Shown here piece after piece: positions 34,278-43,362 of a stretch of DNA of 64,000 nt. The translations under genes were made by a program, and so were the position numbers. Numbering within the stretch: the first letter of the stretch is position 1; each line of letters begins with the position of its first letter. The notes beneath the pieces are model-generated. The model was not told the origin of the DNA and ran no database searches. It was given only the letters and a program-made list of their open reading frames with translations. Source of the DNA: Candidatus Krumholzibacteriia bacterium (GTDB lineage Bacteria; Krumholzibacteriota; Krumholzibacteriia; Krumholzibacteriales; Krumholzibacteriaceae); NCBI GenBank assembly GCA_963836185.1, contig CAWIIQ010000001.1, forward strand, positions 384,001 through 448,000. Direction: 5' to 3'.

Positions 34278-36563
34278 TTGAGGGATATTAGCGGCGTTTC
34301 CACGCGTAAGCTGGATGAGTGTCTTACTCATCTTTTCGATGATATAAGACAGGACCAGAAGAATCCTCTGTTGAGGGAATTTGCCATACTGAGCCTTGGC
34401 ACTATGATAGAGCAGAGGCCTGAATTTTCTCTTTCAATATATCTCCATTCTCACGGCAAATATATCGGTGAAAGTCTCTCCCAGCTGTTTCTTGCCACAT
34501 ACAGTTATGAAACTCTGCGACAGGTCGAATCTGTCTCCGCTGCACTATGCGATGTCTCGAGCGAATACATCCCTGGTGGAAGAGATGTCTGTCTCACGTA
34601 TACGAAGCAAAGACTGGAAGAGATTGAATCCGATTCGATTGGTTCAGCCCATGAAGAAGTATCAGCCACATCAGAGGATGATCGTTCGGATGACTGGCAG
34701 GTAACTTCAAAGGCAGGCCCTGTCTGGGGAGCTCTGGTTACCGGTTACCCGCCGAATAATCCGATCGTCAGTGTCGGGAAAGTGCTCGAATTCAAGCTTG
34801 GACTCGAGATCAGCGGCGAATGGAGCAGGAAGCACAAGCGCGAGACAGTAGAATTCGGCGGCAGCACCCTGATGAAAAAGGACGAATTCGAGAATCAGCT
34901 ACGGGAGTCGGTACGGTATGCCGAGAGTCAGTTTGTAGAAAAATACAAAGCCCGTGAGATCCCAGGCTTGAACAGACGGTACCAGTTTGAGGCGTACAGT
35001 GGGATCCATAGCTATAGCAACACGCCATATACAGGCGGCTCAGCAGGTCTGGCAAAATCGTTGCTTTCCATGACAGCTCTGGATGGACTCAGGGTCAGAA
35101 GCAGGCAGCGGCGGATTCATTCGGGAACGGCGTGCACTGGGCAGATAGATTCAGAGGGCAATGTGCTCGGTGTCAAGGATTCGGAGATCCCGGCCAAGAC
35201 AAAAGCGGTATTCAGGTCATCGTGTTCAAGGTTCGTAGTTCCGGAGAAAAACTTCGATACGGCTCGTAAAACACTCGATGAGCTGAACAGTGAGCATCCA
35301 GATCGGCATCTGGAACTGATCGCAGCCGCGAATGTCAGGGATGTCTATGAAAGCGATGACATATCGAGCGAGAAGATGGTGTCGGTCCCGAGCATTGCAA
35401 TTAACAAAGCCCGGCGCAAGAGGAAGACTCTTCTGGCATCAATATCCAGCGCCGTAGCAATTGTTGCTCTTGCCGTTGTGGGGATATTTTCATTGGTGTT
35501 TTTCACTGAGGATGTAAGCAGCGTCAGATTTGACGGCCATCGGATAGAATTTGTGAACCGCTTTGACAGGGTCTACAAAGAATTTGAGCTGCCCTACCAT
35601 GTTAATGTTAAGGGAGATAACAACTATACAGATACATCCGGCAAATCTCACCGGTTGATAATCGATGATATCACGGGAGATGGAAACAGAGAGTTGCTTT
35701 TCATCGGTGTTGCGGTGAATTCTGGTTCCACTGATCATTTCGGAACGGTCAATGTGCATCTGTTCGATGAGGAAGGCGATGAGCTGAGTCATGTTGAAGC
35801 ATTTGACAGTGTGAAGATGACGACAAAGGATGGAAGCAGATTCATTCGTGATATCAGCTACAACAAGGATGTTGTTGTAGACCTGAATGGAGATCGATTC
35901 AAAGAGGTCGTTCTGTATTTCGTTGAGCGCTTGTGGGCGCCGAGTGGGGTTGTGGTGTTTTCCTTGAAGGAAAAGTCTGCTCAGACATTTTTTCACAATG
36001 GGAACCTTCAAAACCTGATTGTGGATGATTGTGATGATGATGGCGTCCCTGACATCATTGTTACCACAGAATGTAACTATATCGATACCTCTGCTCTGAT
36101 CGTGCTGGACCCCGATCATGTCCAGGGGTCTTCTCCGAAACTTAAGGGTCTGCAGTTCGATGGATATGAGGGGAATGTAGCTAAATACATGATTTTTCTG
36201 CCCCAATCGATCGTGTTCAAGAATCAGAGCAAGAATGAGAGACCATCCATAAGAACATTGTTTTTAAATACCGCGGGGCGAGTTCAGATCGGGGTATGCG
36301 AATACAAGCTTCCGGATACCTGCGCATCCCTGTTGTATGAATTCTCTGCTGATTGGAATTGTGCGAGCGTAAGCGACACGGATCCATACTGGAAAGAGTT
36401 CATAAAGTATTACGATGATGGAGATATCGAACGAAATAGCGATGAGTATGACGATTACCTTAATTCGCTGAAAAGCGAGTTTCGATATCTCAATGGTGAT
36501 ACATTGACTTTCACCCCTGGTATGAACTCAGGGTACATGGCTCATGCAAACGAGACATCGTGA
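34278..36563 (+). CDS. Single-pass membrane protein: cytoplasmic Lon-like (S16) protease domain + TM + extracellular FG-GAP/VCBS-like repeats
   Basis: GGAGG RBS and TTG 34278. TGGSAGLA (catalytic Ser, codon 35040), ACTGQIDSEGNVLGV...IPAK (Lys, codon 35196) and FVVPEKN match Lon_C. KARRKRK precedes the hydrophobic TM; DITGDG/DLNGD/DCDDDG motifs follow. Confidence 0.8.
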   Translation: MRDISGVSTRKLDECLTHLFDDIRQDQKNPLLREFAILSLGTMIEQRPEFSLSIYLHSHGKYIGESLSQLFLATYSYETLRQVESVSAALCDVSSEYIPGGRDVCLTYTKQRLEEIESDSIGSAHEEVSATSEDDRSDDWQVTSKAGPVWGALVTGYPPNNPIVSVGKVLEFKLGLEISGEWSRKHKRETVEFGGSTLMKKDEFENQLRESVRYAESQFVEKYKAREIPGLNRRYQFEAYSGIHSYSNTPYTGGSAGLAKSLLSMTALDGLRVRSRQRRIHSGTACTGQIDSEGNVLGVKDSEIPAKTKAVFRSSCSRFVVPEKNFDTARKTLDELNSEHPDRHLELIAAANVRDVYESDDISSEKMVSVPSIAINKARRKRKTLLASISSAVAIVALAVVGIFSLVFFTEDVSSVRFDGHRIEFVNRFDRVYKEFELPYHVNVKGDNNYTDTSGKSHRLIIDDITGDGNRELLFIGVAVNSGSTDHFGTVNVHLFDEEGDELSHVEAFDSVKMTTKDGSRFIRDISYNKDVVVDLNGDRFKEVVLYFVERLWAPSGVVVFSLKEKSAQTFFHNGNLQNLIVDDCDDDGVPDIIVTTECNYIDTSALIVLDPDHVQGSSPKLKGLQFDGYEGNVAKYMIFLPQSIVFKNQSKNERPSIRTLFLNTAGRVQIGVCEYKLPDTCASLLYEFSADWNCASVSDTDPYWKEFIKYYDDGDIERNSDEYDDYLNSLKSEFRYLNGDTLTFTPGMNSGYMAHANETS

Positions 36564-37735
36564 AAAACAATACATCGGACAACGGCAGACATAAAGATCT
36601 TCTCGAGGCTTTCAAAAGGGTCCGGGATGTGTTTTCGTCGTATGGATCGGGCAGCATCGGGGGTCTCAGCCTCCCGCAGGCCGAGGACCTTGTCCGGAAG
36701 GAGCTTTTCACTCTTTATAACAGCTGTCAGTCGATGGCCAGGGACATTATCACGGGGAAGATATATGGATCTCATGCCTGTTACAGCTATTGCGGCGACC
36801 AGGATATCGATGCGGCAGCGGCGGATGCTGTCAGCAACCTGTTCGGGCATCGGAAGACTGTCAGCGGAAAAAGCGAATCGCCTACCGGCCTTTTTGAAAT
36901 CATCGGAGTAGTTCAGGCTCTCTGTGAGATCAATCCTGAAGCCGACAGGTCCAGATGTTTACTACTGGCTGCGAAAGACTGTTTACAACCATGTAAATAA
37001 CTACAATTACAGGAAGCTGAAAGAAAAAAGCCCTGAATACGCGAATACAGGCAAAAAGATAGACCGTTTTATCAACAATTCGGATCGATATCGAGTGCAA
37101 GGAAAGCTTGTTCGTGATACCGTCGTTGAATTTGATAAGCGTAGAAAGCAGGAACGCTTCGGCAGGATGAGATCGTGTCTTTGTGCGGACAGATAGACCC
37201 GCAGCCGACAAACATCCCCGCGGCAGTTGACCTGATCTTCGACCTGTTGGCCGAACAGGTGAAGTTCAGGTCGGAAGTGTCCCTTGCTGCGCTTCGAGTA
37301 GCGGTCTTCAAGATCATCGAGCCGAGACTGCCTTCCTGGACTCCGGGTGTGACCCAGAAGACTCCGTGGGATGATCTTATCCTTGGCCGTGCGGAGAAGG
37401 CAGCCGTCGATACCCTTAATGCTGCCGCAGAGAGTTATGCCTGGCGGAAGGGATTCACGGAAACCGAGAAATCCGCTTTTCTCGAGGCAGGGGCAGACTA
37501 TATCTTTGACCTCGTATATCGAGGTGAGCGTACAATGTCGCTGCACAAGTATCTTGCGGCGCATCTCGATGAATGCTCAAGTGTGTTGTATGAAACTGCG
37601 TACAAAGGAAGTATGCAGCACTTTTCCAAATATCTGCGTGAGGACTGGCGCAGGCGCGTGACTGACGACAGGCCGGACAAATTTGGCAAAGAGAGGAAAA
37701 ACCCGGATGCAGATCGCGAGAATGGCGACATATAA
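36560..37735 (+). CDS. Divergent sigma70/ECF-like factor (about 390 aa after repairing 2 frameshifts)
   Basis: Joined ORFs 36560-37000, 36924-37196 and 37175-37735; region-2-like DIDAAAADAVSNLF...YWLRKTVYNHVNNYNYRK; overlaps the upstream stop (GTGA) and precedes a zf-HC2 gene. Confidence 0.55.
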
Positions 37736-37746
37736 AGGGTGGGAAG

Positions 37747-38394
37747 ATGACACGACGTGATGAAATGAGGGGATGTTTATCCCGGGAAGGCCTGGGGAGT
37801 CTCGCCATTCGTATCGCACAGGATGCTGGCGACCCTGGAGCGCCTGGGGAAGGTTCGCCGGAATACCTTTCGGTGGACCTTTTTTCGCCAGATGAGGAGG
37901 AAATACGCCAACATCTCGAATCGTGCCCTTCCTGCCGGAAAAAGCTTCTGGAGGAAGTTTATTCAGCACGCAGGTATCTGGACGGACTAGAGAACCCGGA
38001 GAATATTAAACGGTTCGAAAAATTAATGGGCAGCGTTGAGGATCAGGATAGACAGATAGAATCCGACTATATAGAAACGATCCTGGTTTATGATGCCTAT
38101 GATCAAGGTGAAGGGATGGTCCCGCTGGCCGCAGATTCAGAACCAGATTTCACGCCGCCTATGCGCTTCTGTTCAGAAGACGGAACAATGATTATAAGGG
38201 AATTCCAGGAAAGTGGGTCCGCTCAACCGAAATATATGCTCATCGTGGAGGCCCCTAGTTTATCAGATGATGCAGAAGTTATCATAGGAGAGCAATCATT
38301 TCGTATAAGCCCGGAAGGCTGGCTTGAGCTTAAAGATTTAGCGATTGAGATAACCGAGAGTACAATATTCCGCATCCGTTCCAGGCGAAAGTGA
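37747..38394 (+). CDS. Soluble zinc-finger (zf-HC2/ZAS) anti-sigma-like protein with internal LAA motif
   Basis: GCLSRE...IRQHLESCPSCRKKL (Hx3Cx2C); no TM; VPLAADS at aa 125-131 followed by a beta-rich tail of about 86 aa. Confidence 0.7.
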   Translation: MTRRDEMRGCLSREGLGSLAIRIAQDAGDPGAPGEGSPEYLSVDLFSPDEEEIRQHLESCPSCRKKLLEEVYSARRYLDGLENPENIKRFEKLMGSVEDQDRQIESDYIETILVYDAYDQGEGMVPLAADSEPDFTPPMRFCSEDGTMIIREFQESGSAQPKYMLIVEAPSLSDDAEVIIGEQSFRISPEGWLELKDLAIEITESTIFRIRSRRK

Positions 38395-38439
38395 CATCAA
38401 GTAAGATCAGCAGATAAATCTTTTCAGGAGGGGGACCTG

Positions 38440-38829
38440 ATGAACAGCCGTTTCGTTCCGTTGATCATGGCACTGGTAATCCTAATGACATTTCTTCTCG
38501 CGTGCAGTGAAGATGAGAAGGATTTTCTCGTTCCGGACAACGTGCTTTCCGGGACAGTGACCAACAATTCAGGAATAACCGGGACAATATACGTAGAAAT
38601 TCAGTACAATCTCCGGGATGTCGCCGATGGAAGCGGACGATGGGCGATAAGCGTTCATGATGACTATTACGTCGATTCGCTTTACGCTTATGTCGATGTA
38701 AACGGCGATGATAACTACGATTCGGGCGAGCCTTTCGGCTTCTATCACGCTGCCGGTGAATATTCGACCGCCAAAGGCTTTCTTGTAAGAAACATGGATG
38801 TCAGCAATCTGGACTTTTCTATTCCCTGA
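38440..38829 (+). CDS. Small lipoprotein with Ig-like, possibly Ca-binding domain (DUF2141-like)
   Basis: AGGAGG RBS; lipobox LLAC; YAYVDVNGDDNYDSGEPFGFY. Confidence 0.75.
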   Translation: MNSRFVPLIMALVILMTFLLACSEDEKDFLVPDNVLSGTVTNNSGITGTIYVEIQYNLRDVADGSGRWAISVHDDYYVDSLYAYVDVNGDDNYDSGEPFGFYHAAGEYSTAKGFLVRNMDVSNLDFSIP

Positions 38830-38858
38830 TTTCTGCAGGGTGCCAGAGCGAATTCCAG

Positions 38859-39879
38859 GTGAGCTATGGGAAGTCAGCAACGGTGACTTGTCGGGATATA
38901 TATGAGTCCCTTGCCCTGAGGCACGCCCCCGTCCTGATGCAGAAGGTCAACCGGCACAATCCGCGCGGAGATCTCATCACTCGCGTAGACATGAGCGGTG
39001 ACCTTGACCGGGCTTGTCGACAACTGGGCTTATGTCAGCGACGAGCGCAACGAGCTTCCCGCCGCGGGATATTACTCCGTCGTCGAGACCGCTACCCACT
39101 ACTTCATCCTCTACGCCTTCTATCACGGGCAGGACTGGTACGACGGAGACCGGTTTGCCGACAAGATCCGGAAGATATTCGACGAGCACCTGCACGACAT
39201 GGAAGGCGCTCTGGCTGTCGTCACGAAGAGGGAGGATGAGGCGGATGAGCGTGTCGACGCTTTCATGACGATCAGCCACTTTCATTTCTACTGTTATACG
39301 GGGTGGATGAAGAGCGAGCTTGAGTATCTCTATCCGGACGCGGAGTGGGAGAACGGGATCCGCGGACTCACCGAGAGCATCGACGGCAGTATCTGGCCGA
39401 TGGAGGATGGTGATCGGATACGGTTCGCGCTGTACGCACAGGCGAGGGGGCACGGAATCAGGGGGGACCGCAAGGGTTGGGGCTCCGAGAAGCATATCAT
39501 CCCTTACTATCCATCGCTCACAGAGAGCGATTCGCCTGATACGGGCGGGAGCATCTACGGTAAGAGCAGGGAGCTTCTGCTTCCCGATGTCAGGTACAGG
39601 TTGATCGATTTTAATGAGCCGGGAGGGCTCTGGGAGAACCGCGGCAATCCGGATGTCTTCCAGGAGAATGAGAAGGGTCAGGTGGCGTTCGTTATTCTTG
39701 ACGATGATGGCAGGAGGACCGCCGGCTCGGCCAACCCTCCGTGGGGCTGGGAGGACATCGACGATCGTCACGACTGCGGGATGATCGCGCTGGACCCGGC
39801 GCGGCTCGTCCATGATTATCTCGACGGTTTCCCCGAGTTCAGCCTGGAATATATCCACAATCCTTATCTCAGCATCTGA
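38859..39879 (+). CDS. Hypothetical protein with NPP1/Vps62-like motifs (frameshift near 39000)
   Basis: LALRHAPVLMQ...DNW...YYSVVETATHYFILYAFYHGQDW...HLHDMEG...ARGHG. Confidence 0.6.
39643..39863 (+). repeat. Direct repeat copy 1 (3' end of 38859-39879)
   Basis: About 221 bp with about 18 mismatches (hand count) versus 42642-42862. Confidence 0.95.
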
Positions 39880-39893
39880 TTACCACATAGGAA

Positions 39894-39922
39894 TTGACAC
39901 AGAATTGCGTAAATGGTAATCT
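39894..39922 (+). promoter_or_regulatory. Putative sigma70 promoter with extended -10
   Basis: TTGACA-N17-TAATCT with TGn, upstream of ATG 39998. Confidence 0.55.
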
Positions 39923-39997
39923 ATGCATCACTAATGAGCTAAGCGGCTCAATCCTTAATGGGAAAAAACCAACTTATCTTTTCTGGGGGGTAGTGCT

Positions 39998-42637
39998 ATG
40001 CGCGCAAGAGTATTCTTGTCGATCCTGGTGTCTGTTCTTCTGTCAAGCCAGGCTTCCGTGGCAGATATCTGGATCGTTAAAGATGACGGTTCAGGTGACG
40101 CAGTCAACATCCAGGCAGGAATAGATTCCTGCGCAGTCGGTGACACAGTTCTTGTGTATCCTGGAACCTACTCTGGATACGGTAATCGAGAGCTGGAATT
40201 CCGTGGAAAAGCAATAACAGTGATTTCATCAAGAAGTTACGATGCTGGAGTGACTTCCTGGTCGACTATAGAAGGTGAAGCATACCGTGCTTTTTACCTC
40301 CAGCAGTACGAAGACACGAATTCGGTAATAGATGGATTTGAGATCAGCACCAATACTTTGAATACTCCAGGCATTCATTGTCTTATCTCTTCGCCGAAGA
40401 TAAAAAACTGCTGGATTCACGGGACCAGTCCTGCCATCAGGGCTGATTCATCCTCGATGATCGTCGAATATACGGATATTACTTCTTTTTCCGGGCTTTC
40501 TGGAACAGGGATAGAATGTTCCGCATCATCGATGCCGATCATCAGGCATAATTCGATCAGTGGAAGTAACGAAAACAGCGGTGGAATCTGGCTCAAGTCG
40601 GGAACCTCAGCAACGATATTCGGCAATACTATTGAAATCGACGGCGGGGATTTCGGCTCGGGGATATACATCACTGATTCCTCGGCAGATATTTACGATA
40701 ATGATTTTGGACCGATCCGCGGGCTAGTCGGGAACTGCATTTATGCGGATGACTCGGATATCGTCATTACGAATAATGTTTTTCATGGTAGCGGAGGCGG
40801 GGCTAATTATACTTTAGGTTCGGGGCTCTATTGTGATAACACGACCGTGAATATGTCAGGAAACGATCTCTACGACAATGATGCTGGATTCAGTTATTGC
40901 ATCTATATCAGGAATTCTCCATACAGCAGTATTGTCGATAACAACATCACGTCCAACTATTCCGGTGGAATCTACTTTTCCGGAGATTTATCCAGCGTTA
41001 TCAGCGGAAACCTGATAGAGGACAATACCGAGATGGCCGGTATAAGCTGTCATTCCTCAATACAGATCAGCAATAATGTCATCATAGGGAACAATATCCA
41101 TCGCGCTGAGCCCTCATCGAACAGTTGTGGCATTATCTGCGATTCGTGCTCGCCGACAATAGAGTACAACATAATCGCGGGAAATTACGGATATGACGGA
41201 GGTGGTATCTACTGTGAAGACGCCAACCCGAATTTATATCGCAATACGATATACGGAAACAGAGCAAGGCGCGGAGTAGGGATATTCTGTGATTCGTCGT
41301 CAGATCCGACCATTCTGAGTACTGTAATATCCAGCAACACGAGGTTCGATCCGGCATTTGAAGGTGGTGGTATATACGTTGAATCATCGGGTCCCTCCGT
41401 AGATCCACCCGTTGATTGCAGCAACGTCTGGGGCAATGAAGGAGCCAACTATATCGGAATGACGGATCCGACTGGATCTGACGGCAACATATCTTCCAAT
41501 CCTCACTACTGCAACTCGAGCGGCGACGATTTTACGCTAAGAGCCAATTCGCCATGTCTTCCGGAAAATCATCCGGATGGATATACATGCAGTGTGATCG
41601 GCGCGAAGGATATGGGATGCGCTGCAATCGGTGCTGCAATGATTGCAGCCTTACATGATCTCCTGAACGATCAGGGACGGATGCTCCGTATCCGCTGGTT
41701 CAGGAGCGAATACGATGTGTCAGGATCTAATTTGCCTATATTGACTTATGAGATCTACAGGCGGATAGACGATCTTCCATCCCAACTCGCTCATGCTGAG
41801 GGCGGGAATGTATTGAAGTCAGTCTCGGGACCAGCCTATCCACCGGGGGACTGGGACTTTGTGATGGATGTTCCCGCGCACGGAGAGGACGAATACAACT
41901 TGGTCGTGCCCACACTCGAGGATTCATGTGCATACAACGATACGACCATGGCGGGAGACCCTCTTTACTATTCTGTTTTTTTTATAAGAGCAACGACATC
42001 GGACCCGACGTTATTCATAGATTCTCTGCCTGACAGCGGATACTCGGTCGATAATCTGGCGCCTGCGGTACCGGGTGGACTGTCTGTGGCATATAACACG
42101 GGTAGTGGAAATCAGATCGACTGGGAGGAAAGCACTGAAGAGGATTTTGGGTATTTCAGGATCTACAGGGGTGAGGCAGAGGACTTTATATGTGGACCCG
42201 GGAATCTCGCTCATTCAACCACCGGGACAGACTGGCTGGATGATACAGAACAGGGATGGCGCTATTACTATAAGGTCACGGCAATCGATCTCAACGGCAA
42301 TGAGGGTGACCCCGCCTCCGCTACTATAGTGACAGGCGCTGACCTGCCGGTGGTCCCGACGGAGTTCATGCTCTACCAGAACGCTCCGAATCCGTTCAAT
42401 CCTGTAACCAGGATAATGTTCGATCTTCCACATGCGTCTCATGTGAAGCTCTGCGTCTATAACATAAAGGGAGAGCTGATCTCGACGATCGTGGACGGCC
42501 ACATGGCTGAGGGACGAAAAGAAGTGACCTGGTCGGCTGCGGACAATGGGGGGAGAAGAGTGGCGAGCGGAGTGTACTTCTACCGCCTGGTTGCCGGCAG
42601 ATTCATCGAGACCCGGAAAATGGTGCTGTTGAGATAA
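39998..42637 (+). CDS. Secreted beta-helix protein with pre-CTD module and FlgD-Ig/T9SS-like CTD; paralog of the C-terminal half of 24719-30626
   Basis: Signal peptide; GI.C..SSP repeats; DLLNDQGR...DSGYSVDNLAP; QNAPNPFNP...RKMVLLR. Confidence 0.9.
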   Translation: MRARVFLSILVSVLLSSQASVADIWIVKDDGSGDAVNIQAGIDSCAVGDTVLVYPGTYSGYGNRELEFRGKAITVISSRSYDAGVTSWSTIEGEAYRAFYLQQYEDTNSVIDGFEISTNTLNTPGIHCLISSPKIKNCWIHGTSPAIRADSSSMIVEYTDITSFSGLSGTGIECSASSMPIIRHNSISGSNENSGGIWLKSGTSATIFGNTIEIDGGDFGSGIYITDSSADIYDNDFGPIRGLVGNCIYADDSDIVITNNVFHGSGGGANYTLGSGLYCDNTTVNMSGNDLYDNDAGFSYCIYIRNSPYSSIVDNNITSNYSGGIYFSGDLSSVISGNLIEDNTEMAGISCHSSIQISNNVIIGNNIHRAEPSSNSCGIICDSCSPTIEYNIIAGNYGYDGGGIYCEDANPNLYRNTIYGNRARRGVGIFCDSSSDPTILSTVISSNTRFDPAFEGGGIYVESSGPSVDPPVDCSNVWGNEGANYIGMTDPTGSDGNISSNPHYCNSSGDDFTLRANSPCLPENHPDGYTCSVIGAKDMGCAAIGAAMIAALHDLLNDQGRMLRIRWFRSEYDVSGSNLPILTYEIYRRIDDLPSQLAHAEGGNVLKSVSGPAYPPGDWDFVMDVPAHGEDEYNLVVPTLEDSCAYNDTTMAGDPLYYSVFFIRATTSDPTLFIDSLPDSGYSVDNLAPAVPGGLSVAYNTGSGNQIDWEESTEEDFGYFRIYRGEAEDFICGPGNLAHSTTGTDWLDDTEQGWRYYYKVTAIDLNGNEGDPASATIVTGADLPVVPTEFMLYQNAPNPFNPVTRIMFDLPHASHVKLCVYNIKGELISTIVDGHMAEGRKEVTWSAADNGGRRVASGVYFYRLVAGRFIETRKMVLLR

Positions 42638-42641
42638 CAAT

Positions 42642-42881
42642 GGCAATCCGGATGTCTTCCAGGAGAATGAGAAGGGTCAGGCGGCTTTCGTCGTCCTTGA
42701 CGATGATGGCTGGAAGATCGCCGGCTCGGCCAACCCTCCGTGGGGCTGGGAGGACATCGACGATCGTCACGACTGCGGGATGATCGCGCTGGACCCGGCG
42801 AGGCTCGTCCATGATTATCTGGGCGGCTTTCCCGAATTCAGCCTCGAATATATACGTAATCCATTTATCGACTCAGGGTGA
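42642..42881 (+). pseudogene. Direct repeat copy 2: displaced or orphan 3' end of the NPP1/Vps62-like gene
   Basis: Open frame GNPDVFQENEKGQAAF...EYIRNPFIDSG* with no start codon, beginning 4 bp after the stop of 39998-42637. Confidence 0.85.
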
Positions 42882-42901
42882 CCGCGTGTTATAATCGGCC
42901 T

Positions 42902-43362
42902 ATGACAAAAACAACAGATGAAGATCGTCTGAGGAAGACGATCCGCGGACTGCTCGAGTCACAGTACTTTGCCGTACTCTGCACGAAGGGCGAGACGCAT
43001 CCTTACTGTTCGCTGGTGGGATTCGCGGCTACCCCGGATATGAGCCACATAGTCTTCGCCACAATGAAGGACACGAGAAAGTTCAGAAATCTGTCCGCGG
43101 AGGCACGCGTCTCGCTTCTGATAGACAGCAGGACGAACCGGTCGAGGACCTCAAGGACGCCAGCGCGCTGACAGTGCTCGGAGAAGTGTGTGCCGTGGAG
43201 AACGCCGCTGGATGGAGAGCACAGGGACGCTCTATCTCGAAAGGCACCCGCACCTGGTTCCGTTCCTTGCCGATCCCAACACGGTCATAATCTGCGTGAA
43301 GGTCTCGAAGCTATATAGTCGTATCAAGGTTCCAGGAAGTCTTCGAGCTGGAAATCGAATGA
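42902..43362 (+). CDS. Pyridoxamine 5'-phosphate oxidase-like FMN-binding protein (frameshifted)
   Basis: FAVLCT...PYCSLVGFA...FAT..TRKFRNL...VSLLIDSR...YLERHPHL..FL; ATGA overlap with the next gene. Confidence 0.8.

Noticed and set aside
34278-38394. Type III CRISPR-associated CalpL locus or a housekeeping Lon
   Set aside because: No SAVED/CARF domain, cas genes or array in the window; no Walker A/B AAA+ module.
39643-42862. Repeat pair as diversity-generating retroelement TR/VR
   Set aside because: Mismatches involve all four bases and are often synonymous, not adenine-specific; no reverse transcriptase in the window.
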